A DNA stretch of 64,000 nucleotides from an uncultured Bacteroidota bacterium (GCA_913055635.1 CAJXLK010000021.1:6686-70685), one strand, 5' to 3'. Shown: positions 7,248 through 15,143, counted from the first letter of the stretch. The notes: generated from the letters alone by a model not told the origin. Translations and numbers: made by a program.

Positions 7248-9101
7248 TTATTTTTCCCGGTAGGCTTCCACCCAGTCCAGGTGCATCTGGCTGGGCAGGG
7301 CTTCCTCATTGATATCGCCATCAACCCCGGAATTCAGGATCATGTACATGGGCTCTTGGGGAACCCCTTTCGTTTGCCTGCGAACGGTGACCCCGTTGAT
7401 CTTCCAGACAATCGCTTTCGGCTGCCAGTGAACCTCGTAGATCATATAACGCCGCGAAAAATTCAACCCACCAATGCGCGATCTTTTGATCTTCACACTT
7501 CCGCGATCCTTATAATTGCCGGAATAAGAGGCCACGTCCATTTTCCGCGCACTTTTGCGGTGATAATGGAACACATCAATCTCGGGCAGGATCTTTTCCG
7601 GAACCAGCCAGAAACTATGGCGCAAATGCTTCACATGGCTCAACCGGGCCTTGGCCCTGAAAATCCCGTATTTCTGCCTGAAGCTTTGTCCGGTATTGAT
7701 CAGCCCTGAGGTATAGGCAAATTTGGAGGGATAAAAACCAAGCCCAGGATGCCATACTTTGCCCTCGACTTCCTCCTTGCGGGTTACAATCCGGCATTCG
7801 CCGTTTTCAAGCTCCACATTCGTGCCGTCGGTAAAAAAATGTTTGTCGGTGGCCTGCACGTAGCTGTCGTTCAACAACGCCTTCCCCCAGTAATAGGAAG
7901 TGAGCCATTTGTCGTGGTCCAGCTCCCCCTGGTCAAAATGATCCGCAAAACTGCGCTCCCAACCCCGAAGAAAATCAAATCGAGGGTCGTTCACATTTTT
8001 AAAGTACCACCGAATGGCGTCCGATTTGTCGAGGCGCTCAAACTCTTCCACCGGCGCGTATTCATCGCTGTATTTAAACTTATTGCGGCGTTTGAGGAAC
8101 TTTTGGGTCTCCCTGAACGCCTCACTCTCCAGGTAATTCTTCAATTCCTGGTATTCCTCGGGTAAACCCGAATCAAGGGCCCGCTGGTACAAGCCGTACT
8201 TTTTGCTGTCTTTAAACCGCAGGGCTTTTTTGACGTCCCGGTTTTTCTCCAGCTTCTTGTATTCCTGATATCGCTGGTATTCTTCGGTGTTTTTAAACTT
8301 GAGTTGCTCGATGTCTTCGGGCAGGCGTTGAAAATCTTCCGACTGAACCTCCCCGGCCAACGCTTCCAGATCCTTTATCGCCTGCGAATCCTGAAGCTCC
8401 CTGAACTTCTTAAGCTTACCCGAACGACTGAATTTCTGATAAAACCTAATGTCAGGATCTTTCTTCAGTTGTTTGTATTCAGGGTTCTTCTTCGCCCCGC
8501 TTTCCCGGGCTAACTCATTGAAGCGGCGCAACTTATCGCTGTCATGAACCTCAAGAAAACGGGCATACTGGCTCGAATCCCGGAACCGATAATACCAGCC
8601 GTACTTTTTTTGAAGCTTCTTATACCGCGCGAGGTACTCCTTAAAATATTGATGTTTGGATTGCTGTTTCTCCTTCAGCGATTTCTTGAACTCTTCAAAC
8701 TCCTGCGACCCAAAAAACTCCTTGAGCTCATAATACTTGGCCAGTTCACTCGAATTTTCCATTCGCTGAAAATGATCCAGCCCTTTCGAATCTTTGACCT
8801 TCAAATAGGTTTTGAGCGGTTCGCTTCCCTTTAATTGCTTGAAGCGCTTTTCTTTCTGGTGGGCTTCGCTTCCCTTGTATTTGCGGGCATTGATCTGCTT
8901 CTTCTTTTGCTTGAATTCATCCGTCTTCAGGTACTCCTTTAATTCCTGGTAACGGGCAAAATCGTCGGATTGATGGATCTGATTCAGCCGGTCGAAGTCC
9001 TCGCGGAGTTGTTGTTCTTTTTGTTCGATCTTTTCGGCACGGGGAATCATGCCAAAGGCCGCAAAAAAATGAAATCGTATCTTGAGAAATGTGTTCCTCA
9101 T
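7248..9101 (-). CDS. GH16-fold (laminarinase-like) domain protein with a long charged helical-repeat N-terminal region
   Basis: The C-terminal ~230 aa look like GH16 (SFWLVPEKILPEIDVFHYH, YEVHWQPKAIVWKINGV, MHLDWVEAY). The N-terminal ~380 aa are Lys/Glu-rich with a recurring F/Y-x-x-Y-x-E-L-K...S-x-E-F motif (ARYQELKEYLKTDEF, AKYYELKEFFGSQEF, EEYQELKNYLESEAF). Confidence 0.7.
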   Translation of the reverse strand: MRNTFLKIRFHFFAAFGMIPRAEKIEQKEQQLREDFDRLNQIHQSDDFARYQELKEYLKTDEFKQKKKQINARKYKGSEAHQKEKRFKQLKGSEPLKTYLKVKDSKGLDHFQRMENSSELAKYYELKEFFGSQEFEEFKKSLKEKQQSKHQYFKEYLARYKKLQKKYGWYYRFRDSSQYARFLEVHDSDKLRRFNELARESGAKKNPEYKQLKKDPDIRFYQKFSRSGKLKKFRELQDSQAIKDLEALAGEVQSEDFQRLPEDIEQLKFKNTEEYQRYQEYKKLEKNRDVKKALRFKDSKKYGLYQRALDSGLPEEYQELKNYLESEAFRETQKFLKRRNKFKYSDEYAPVEEFERLDKSDAIRWYFKNVNDPRFDFLRGWERSFADHFDQGELDHDKWLTSYYWGKALLNDSYVQATDKHFFTDGTNVELENGECRIVTRKEEVEGKVWHPGLGFYPSKFAYTSGLINTGQSFRQKYGIFRAKARLSHVKHLRHSFWLVPEKILPEIDVFHYHRKSARKMDVASYSGNYKDRGSVKIKRSRIGGLNFSRRYMIYEVHWQPKAIVWKINGVTVRRQTKGVPQEPMYMILNSGVDGDINEEALPSQMHLDWVEAYREK

Positions 9102-9577
9102 GCTGGTTGAATTGTTCTATACAAAACTATAAAAATCTGTGAAAATCCCTTAATACAGGAATCGATTTGGTTGAACATGCCAATACGACCTTTTACTCTC
9201 AAAAGGCCCGATAAGTTACATTTTCCTGCCAATGGTACAGCCCGTTTAAGCGCCGGCAGTTCTTTTTCCGGTGAAGCCGGGCCAGGGCACGTTGGCGGCG
9301 TCTTTTGTACTGCCACCGGCAAAAGCCTGATTGAGAAACTTCTTTAAGACGAATGCCAGAGAATCGCCAGGAAAATTAAACCATATGGAGTTTTTTTTGT
9401 AATTTGGAGGGGCCGGGCTTTTTTCTAGCAGTCTATAAATGTTACCCCTTTGGCATATCATTTGACCAGGCCCGATATGAATCCCGATAAGCTGGTCAAT
9501 CGCTATGCAAAGGTATAAAACAGGTTCATAGAGCGATCAGCTTAGGGATGGCTATGGATTATTGTTGATCAGCGCCA

Positions 9578-9823
9578 CACAACCCGCATATCTTATGATC
9601 CTTTGTTTAAAGGTTTCTCTATGCACGCAGGTAATTTGAGTTTAAAACAGAGGTCAGAAACAGAGCCCGCATAACTTACGGTCCGTTTTTTTAAGGTTGC
9701 CTTAAACGCAGGTTTGTGTGAATCAAAACATATTGAACAGAATCGGACCCCGCATAAATTACGATCTTTTTGCTAAAGGTTGATATGCGGAAATTTATAG
9801 GAATTAAAAAGATCAAAATCATG
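9578..9823 (+). repeat. Three imperfect direct repeats with an 82-bp period, each with an internal inverted repeat; the last reaches the egtD-like start
   Basis: cccgcataNNttaYgRtc..taaaggtt recurs at about 9582, 9665 and 9748. Copy 3 contains a perfect ccgcata-N27-tatgcgg inverted repeat. Confidence 0.65.
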
Positions 9824-10768
9824 AGCGACGAGTTTGCGCGGGATGTCAAAAAAGGATTATCCTCGGAGCCCAAATACCTTGAATCCAAGTATTTTTATGA
9901 TACCGAGGGAGATAAACTATTCCAGGAAATCATGGGCCTGAGTGAATACTACCTGACCGACTGTGAATTTGAGATATTGCATCAAAACCGGGACAAGCTG
10001 TTAAAAGCTTTCAGCGATGCGGGAAATCCCTTTTCCCTGGTAGAATTGGGCGCGGGTGACGGGTTGAAAACCAAATTATTGCTGCGTCATTTTCATGGCC
10101 ACTCAGCAGATTTCACCTATTTGCCCATTGATATATCGCCCAATGTATTGAATGTCTTAAGTTATGAACTCTCCCGGGATCTGCCCGGTGTTCAGGTGCA
10201 GCCCTATCCGGGCGACTATTTTGATGGCCTCGATGAGCTGAACCGAAAGGATGGCGGGCGTAAGGTGATATTGTTTCTGGGCTCCAGCATCGGCAATTTT
10301 CAACCTGACGACAGCCTGAACTTCCTCAAAGGCCTTTATCAGCGGATGAACCGGGGCGACCAGCTGATGATCGGCTTCGATTTGAAGAAAGACCCCCACA
10401 TCATCCTCAGGGCTTACAATGATGATTCGGGCATCACGGCCCGCTTCAACCTGAATCTTTTAAACCGGATCAACAAAGAACTCGATGCAGACTTTAACCT
10501 GGATAACTTTTACCACTATCCCATTTACAATCCCCTGAATGGAGAAACCCGAAGTTTTCTGATCAGCAAGCTGGCCCAAACCGTGCGGATTGGTTATCTT
10601 GATCAAACCTTCCACTTCCACATGGGCGAACCCGTCTCGATGGAAATATCCCAGAAATTCGACCTGACAATGGTTGATGAGCTGGCCGGCCGCTCAGGCT
10701 TTGCCGTGGAGGCCAATTTCTTCGACAGCCGCCGTTTTTTCCTCGATTCCTTGTGGAAGAAACCCTAA
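9821..10768 (+). CDS. egtD: L-histidine N-alpha-methyltransferase family protein (EgtD-like, Methyltransf_33)
   Basis: Start placed at the ATG at 9821 (MSDEFARDVKKGL). Collinear with my recollection of EgtD: PKYLESKYFYDTEGDKLFQEI..EYY, LVELGAGDGLKT, ILFLGSSIGNF, RAYNDDSGITARFNLNLLNRINKEL. No egtB-like gene is adjacent. Confidence 0.75.
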   Translation: MSDEFARDVKKGLSSEPKYLESKYFYDTEGDKLFQEIMGLSEYYLTDCEFEILHQNRDKLLKAFSDAGNPFSLVELGAGDGLKTKLLLRHFHGHSADFTYLPIDISPNVLNVLSYELSRDLPGVQVQPYPGDYFDGLDELNRKDGGRKVILFLGSSIGNFQPDDSLNFLKGLYQRMNRGDQLMIGFDLKKDPHIILRAYNDDSGITARFNLNLLNRINKELDADFNLDNFYHYPIYNPLNGETRSFLISKLAQTVRIGYLDQTFHFHMGEPVSMEISQKFDLTMVDELAGRSGFAVEANFFDSRRFFLDSLWKKP

Positions 10769-10770
10769 GG

Positions 10771-10956
10771 CTACTTCCGCGAACGGATGATCAGATATAC
10801 CACCCGGATCAGACCTGCCCCAAAGATGGCCATGGCCAGGTAATAAAAATAACGCGCAGCTCCAGGATCTATTTGTAATGCATCATGCGCAATATAAGCA
10901 ATTAGCGACAAGAGCGCCAGAATATAAAGGCCGCTGAAGATTCTTTTGGTTTTCAT
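10771..10956 (-). CDS. Small two-TM membrane protein, unknown function
   Basis: MKTKRIFSGLYILALLSLIAYIAHD...YYLAMAIFGAGLIRVVYLIIRSRK. Only the ORF and hydrophobicity support it. Confidence 0.4.
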   Translation of the reverse strand: MKTKRIFSGLYILALLSLIAYIAHDALQIDPGAARYFYYLAMAIFGAGLIRVVYLIIRSRK

Positions 10957-11091
10957 GGGGTGATGTTTTATACCGCAAAAGTGCAAAAAATCCGGTCAAT
11001 AACACCAACCGTCAAAAAACATTGTGTTGGGCTGAACCATTAAGCCATTATGTCGTTCATCCTAAATGATATATCACGGGCTGTTGTAAAC

Positions 11092-11168
11092 AGCAAATAT
11101 CCGGTTTGCTGTCAAAGGTTAAAACGTGAATAGGCCAGGCGTATTTTGGGGGAATTGTATGCCAGGTC
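11092..11168. repeat. Left copy of a ~77-bp direct repeat
   Basis: agcaaatatccggtttgctgtcaaaggttaaaacg matches 12302-12336 with 1 mismatch in 35. The remaining ~40 nt are roughly 70 percent similar and both copies end in ccaggtc. Confidence 0.8.
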
Positions 11169-11319
11169 TTAATGATAAAAACAAATACTCATATTGCGGA
11201 ATTGCATCATAAAGTCTGTTTCCATGGAATTTCATTCTCTTGCAGTAGGGACATCCGGCCCGTTCGACCTAAAAAAGCAATTGATGTTGCATGTATCAAA
11301 CACCCTTTACCAGAAAACG

Positions 11320-11454
11320 TTAAGTCGAAGCCAAAGGGGTGTAGCAAAAATGACTAGCTTTTCCCGTTCTTCGGGCACCAATCAATACTCCAACTTTGCT
11401 CGGTTTAAGTTTTTTTATGACATTCGTTTGAACCGCTCTTTCAATAAATTTCAT
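11320..11454 (-). pseudogene. Possible N-terminal remnant of an AAA ATPase (AAA_14/DUF4143-type)
   Basis: 44-codon ORF, below the track cutoff: MKFIERAVQTNVIKKLKPSKVGVLIGARRTGKAS, then a stop. The P-loop-like GARRTGKAS resembles the start of that ATPase family. No continuation was found in any frame. Confidence 0.3.
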
Positions 11455-11653
11455 GCAAAATTTTATTTTTCATTGACAAATTCAATATAAATTTTGTCAA
11501 TAACCTGAAAAATTTACATATCATCCACAGAAACGAGGTTTATCATTTCTCTCAGCAAAAAAATGTTACTGGCCATTGGTTCTGATATAGCACCTATATC
11601 AGGAATTAAAAAAATTACCGGCTCAATATAAAACGTTAAGGAAAGATTACCCG

Positions 11654-12277
11654 TTAAAATTCCTTCAACTTGAATCCTTCCGGGTTCATCACGGCAATGT
11701 TTTCCCCGGACTGGGTGAGCACCAGCAGTCCGTGTTTAGTAGCAAGTTCGTAGCTGTCGGTAGGTACGCTCATGCCTGCAACGGCGCCAATGACTTGTTT
11801 ATTTTCATATTCAGGAAATAAAGGCTTAAAATTAGGGAGTTTGCGGTTTGCAAAATCTGTAACATCATCCGGGTGGAGTTTGTATTTCACTTCAACAATG
11901 ATCATCGTATCTCCATTGTAAAGAACAATATCATATTCGCCCTGAAGGTTTTTATATCTTTTTTCAAATTTACCAACCTGGTCGTAAGGAATACCAAAAA
12001 GTGATGTTTTCGTCTCCAATCCCCTTCGAAAAAATTCTTCGGCCACATCTCCGTTGTTGTCTGAGATACCGCCATAAAGTTTAGCCAGCCTATCAATCTT
12101 GCGGTCTGTGGCCTTCATTTGTTTATCGGTTTCCCGGAATTTCTCGGTTAACAGCTTATCCGTTTCCTTGAATTTTTTGTCGGTCTCCTGGAACATCTTC
12201 CAGACCTGTTGAAAGGAAACCGGCTCTCCATAGTCAGAAAGGGGCTCATTGGCATTATTTTCATCCTTTTTGCTCAT
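11654..12277 (-). CDS. PD-(D/E)XK nuclease-fold protein with an N-terminal coiled coil (DUF3782-like)
   Basis: Start placed at MSKKDENN (12277). Repeated KFKETDK/KFRETDK/MKATDRK coiled-coil segment, then YDIVLYNGDTMIIVEVKYKL, which fits a D...E-x-K nuclease core. Confidence 0.55.
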   Translation of the reverse strand: MSKKDENNANEPLSDYGEPVSFQQVWKMFQETDKKFKETDKLLTEKFRETDKQMKATDRKIDRLAKLYGGISDNNGDVAEEFFRRGLETKTSLFGIPYDQVGKFEKRYKNLQGEYDIVLYNGDTMIIVEVKYKLHPDDVTDFANRKLPNFKPLFPEYENKQVIGAVAGMSVPTDSYELATKHGLLVLTQSGENIAVMNPEGFKLKEF

Positions 12278-12301
12278 ATCTTTTGGTATTTTTATAAAGA
12301 T

Positions 12302-12376
12302 AGCAAATATTCGGTTTGCTGTCAAAGGTTAAAACGCAAAGGGGCTGGGAGATATTTTGGAGGAATTTACCAGGTC
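12302..12376. repeat. Right copy of the ~77-bp direct repeat, abutting the truncated RT
   Basis: See 11092-11168. This copy lies immediately upstream of the nuclease-like gene start, and the last sense codon of the RT-stub ORF lies just beyond its outer edge. Confidence 0.8.
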
Positions 12377-12551
12377 AATTTTTCAAAGGGCTGATTGAAT
12401 CTTGTTTGCTATTTACAGCCTCATAATCTATCTCAAATTTTAGCGCGTTTGTAGTATTTCGTTTATTTGATCTGCATTCCATATACGCTTCAAATAAATC
12501 AGTAAAAGATATGCCTGATATTTTTGCGTCTTCCCATAATTTTCGTTGCAT
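12375..12551 (-). pseudogene. DGR reverse transcriptase, N-terminal stub only (58 codons)
   Basis: My own minus-strand translation from the ATG at 12551: MQRKLWEDAKISGISFTDLFEAYMECRSNKRNTTNALKFEIDYEAVNSKQDSISPLKN, then a stop. The segment LFEAYMECRSNKRNTTNALKFEIDYEA parallels the Bordetella Brt N-terminus as I recall it (LLDAYRKTSHGKRRTWGYLEFKEYDLAN). Similarity is lost after about codon 45, and no finger/palm motifs occur anywhere downstream. Confidence 0.55.
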
Positions 12552-12566
12552 ACATTACTTTGTTTT

Positions 12567-12597
12567 AAAAAGGCAGAGAGAAATTCCCTCTGCCTTT
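12567..12597 (-). other. Hairpin between the TR 3' end and the RT start codon
   Basis: aaaaggcagagag-aaattc-cctctgcctttt: a stem of about 11 bp with one mismatch. Confidence 0.6.
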
Positions 12598-12609
12598 TGC
12601 TGATTTGGC

Positions 12610-12746
12610 AATCTCTGCGGACGCACCTGACCCGTTTGTTGTTGTTCTTATTGTAGTTGTTCTGGTTACCATTGTTGAAGTTCTGGTTCCACGCGTTGTT
12701 AGCGTCGTTCTCAGTACTACTCCAATAGTTGTTTGAACTAAAACCG
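12610..12746 (-). repeat. DGR template repeat (TR), 137 bp
   Basis: Read in the VR frame, TR translates as GFSSNNYWSSTENDANNAWNQNFNNGNQNNYNKNNNKRVRCVRRD, with 14 AAC and 2 AAT codons. The shared 3' end ggtcaggtgcgtccgcagagatt is identical to VR. Confidence 0.85.
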
Positions 12747-12906
12747 GGTCAAAACAGTAACTTTTTTGTGATTTACAGGCATCTGTAAACCATCTTTGAT
12801 AACAACCACACAAAAAATGGAGGCTGTGTACTGTTGAGATTAACAAATCAGACGCTCGCTCCGGTATGTCGTAACACACCGGATTCTGGCTTTATTTATA
12901 TCATTA

Positions 12907-13254
12907 TTACGTTTTATTAAATTTATTCTCCCATCCTTTCAATTGCTTCCCTATGTTTTCATTCAATGCAATTAATTCTGATTGTTGTTTCCTGCTAAAC
13001 AGTTTTAAATCTCCACAAAGGCGAATTTGAAACTTTATTAATTCAAAATCGTCTAAAACCTGGTTAAAATACTGGTTTTTATCAACCGCTTTGTTTATCC
13101 GGTAAATACCACGCACCAATACTAATGAATCCCTTTTTAAATCCTGCCCGATTGTATATTTATACTCACGCGGAAATTCCTTTGTGTAGCGATACAACAA
13201 TAATATTAATTGGTACACATCTTTATATACTGGTAAATTATAGTATAACGCCAT
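12907..13254 (-). CDS. avd: Four-helix-bundle protein (23S rRNA IVS protein family), Avd-like DGR accessory protein
   Basis: 115 aa: MALYYNLPVYKDVYQLILLLYRYTKEFPREYKYTIGQDLKRDSL...IRLCGDLKLFSRKQQSELIALNENIGKQLKGW. This is typical of that family, and the gene sits between VR and TR. Confidence 0.8.
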   Translation of the reverse strand: MALYYNLPVYKDVYQLILLLYRYTKEFPREYKYTIGQDLKRDSLVLVRGIYRINKAVDKNQYFNQVLDDFELIKFQIRLCGDLKLFSRKQQSELIALNENIGKQLKGWENKFNKT

Positions 13255-13273
13255 AAAGTATAAAATTTTTTAG

Positions 13274-13310
13274 AAAAAAAGAACAGCACTATCGTGCCTG
13301 TTCTTTTTTT
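13274..13310 (-). terminator. Strong hairpin with flanking A/T runs, 17 nt downstream of the target-gene stop
   Basis: aaaaaaagaacagcac-tatc-gtgcctgttcttttttt. It could act as a bidirectional intrinsic terminator, or as the VR-proximal hairpin reported for some DGRs. Confidence 0.6.
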
Positions 13311-13326
13311 CTAAATTGTTAAATTG

Positions 13327-13968
13327 TTAATCTCTGCGGACGCACCTGACCCGCCCGTTGTAGCTCTTACTGGTGCCGTCCTGGTAACCATCGAGGAAGT
13401 ACTGGTCCCACGCGAGGTCAGCGCCGCCCTCAGTACTACTCCAATAGTAGTCCGAACTAAAACCGCCAATTGCATCTTTGTTTTGATACAGCGCATCTAA
13501 CTCATCTTTCGCTGGTAAATACCAATCACTGTATCCATAAGCTGTAAGGGTATCACACACATACGCAGCATGACCATCAGAACCCAATTGGGACACAATA
13601 GCAGATGTATTGGCTTCTCCATCAGTGTCACTATCTGCTCCATTTCCATCGGTTATCTCTGTTCCGTATCCTCCCCATTCAATATCAGTAGCATTATCTT
13701 CAGGATAAACGTATAAAGTGTCGTTGAGATCTATTGTTGAAAGATCTGTAGCAAGCAAACTTCTCTCTTCCCCATAAGCCGTCCCCTCTCTATTGGTTGC
13801 ATAGGCCCGCACATAATAGGTCGTTCCTTCACTTAAGCCGGTCTGTTCGCTGGTAAAACTGCCTGTTCCACTGCCATCGTTCGTGGTATTATCGCTTGTG
13901 GTGGGATTGGAAGAAGTGCTCCAGCATACATCGCGGGCTGTTATTTCAACACCTCCGTTCTCAGTCAC
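13327..13968 (-). CDS. DGR target protein: Ig-like module plus a DUF1566 / Fib_succ_major-type C-type-lectin-fold domain carrying the VR
   Basis: Contains VCWSTSSNPT...TTYYVRAYATNREGTAYGE, then SDWYLPAKDELDALY and a C-terminal YYWSSTEGGADLAWDQYFLDGYQDGTSKSYNGRVRCVRRD. The only start is a GTG at 13968. The frame stays open upstream to 14058 with no ATG and no signal peptide, so the gene is probably 5'-truncated or fused. Confidence 0.7.
   Translation of the reverse strand: MTENGGVEITARDVCWSTSSNPTTSDNTTNDGSGTGSFTSEQTGLSEGTTYYVRAYATNREGTAYGEERSLLATDLSTIDLNDTLYVYPEDNATDIEWGGYGTEITDGNGADSDTDGEANTSAIVSQLGSDGHAAYVCDTLTAYGYSDWYLPAKDELDALYQNKDAIGGFSSDYYWSSTEGGADLAWDQYFLDGYQDGTSKSYNGRVRCVRRD
13329..13465 (-). 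repeat. DGR variable repeat (VR), 137 bp, ending at the target stop codon
   Basis: Ungapped alignment to TR gives 26 mismatches, 25 at positions where the TR coding strand has A. The one exception is T to A within TAC versus ACC. Confidence 0.85.
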
Positions 13969-13997
13969 ATCACCTCCACATACAACGGAAGTAGCCG

Positions 13998-15143
13998 TTA
14001 TATCATATATTTCACCTGTCGCAACAACAGGAGTTCCCGGAGGATTTCCTTCATCACTTCAGCGTCATTGTCTGCATATGGAGCCGATGGCTGGGATTCA
14101 TACTCTTCTATGCCAATAACAACGCCTACCGATTTATTCCGCTTTATATCAGCAGGCGGCACAGTTCGGATGTCCATCACATTGTCCACATTGGCCTTGA
14201 ATTTATATGATTCATACTCAAAACGGGCCACCTCCTTTTGGAGCTTTTTGACATCAGCCTGAACCTGTTTGATATTGGTCTCAGGAGGCTGCGCATCCAG
14301 TGCAAGAGGAAGTTGTTTGTTGTCGAGCGTGCCTATATCTTGTGTTGTATTTAGCGTCAAATAAACAGGTAGTTCACCACGGGTTTCTACCCTTTTATTT
14401 GGACTAATTGTAATCCAAAATTTTTTTACCTCACCAATGCCAATATCGCCATGCTTTCATGATCCTTGTTCCACATAGATGTTTTCAATCTGGGAGTTGA
14501 CCCAATATCTTGTGTTTTTGGCTACATTTTGCCCCACATTTTGTACGACCTGCTTTGCCTTGACCATTTCACCTGCCTGCAACTGTCCATCCCTCTTAAT
14601 GGCTGCCGTTCCTTCCCCCCTGATCGAACAATTTCCATGCCCGATAAAACCAGTTTGGGCCGCTGGTATTCAAGTGAATTCAAGATGAGGTAAGCCGGAT
14701 CCATATCATGGCCATAATGCTCAGTAACACTGATTTTGAGCTTATGCCTTGCCGTAGAAACATCAAAACCCGCCTCTATAGGAATGGTAATATGTTTAGA
14801 TTGGCCCGCCCGGATCATGGCAATCTCTTTTTTATCCTTAATCCGGAATTCAGGATCATTAACAGAATCTTTTACATAAACAGTCAACCCCTGGGCTGGT
14901 CCTTTTCCCTTATTTTTTATGGTTACATGCAATTTGACTGATTCCTCAGCCTCCACTATGCCATTGTTGTTGACATCTTCAAATTTTAAGTCTGCAAATA
15001 GATTTGGCGGCAAACCCCGTTCAAAATCAGGTTGCATGTCAAAATGTTTGGCTTCGCTTTTTCCGTGAATCTTCATGGGCATGAAGGGAATTCACTAATA
15101 AAATGAAACAAAATACCCAACAAACAGTATATATTCGTATCAT
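13998..15143 (-). pseudogene. Disrupted caspase-like (peptidase C14) lipoprotein/secreted protein gene
   Basis: A signal peptide ORF (MIRIYTVCWVFCFILLVNSLHA, 15143 down to 15039) is out of frame with the body that starts at 15082. A second frameshift lies at the C6 run at 14615-14620. An in-frame TGA is at 14457-14459. A caspase-like start (KSVGVVIGIEEYESQPSAPYADNDAEVMKE) breaks off near 14045-14060 and runs into the DGR target frame. Confidence 0.55.

Noticed and set aside
9098-9461. ORFs 9098-9322 and 9246-9461 upstream of the GH16-like gene.
   Set aside because: They are short mutually overlapping frames with no motifs. This is most likely the promoter or leader region of the 7248-9101 gene.
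10990-11650. Search for the missing remainder of the DGR reverse transcriptase beyond the left direct repeat.
   Set aside because: Hand translation of the minus strand gave no RT-like motifs (no YxDD-type palm segment). Only a short P-loop-like fragment was found.
12565-12879. Track ORFs 12565-12879 and 13311-13496, which have similar Thr/Arg-rich translations.
   Set aside because: They are the TR and VR read in a wrong frame. The similarity reflects the DNA repeat, not a protein family.
14457-14459. In-frame TGA as selenocysteine or programmed read-through.
   Set aside because: The same gene carries two frameshifts and a truncated domain, and I saw no SECIS-like context. A nonsense mutation in a decaying gene is the simpler reading.
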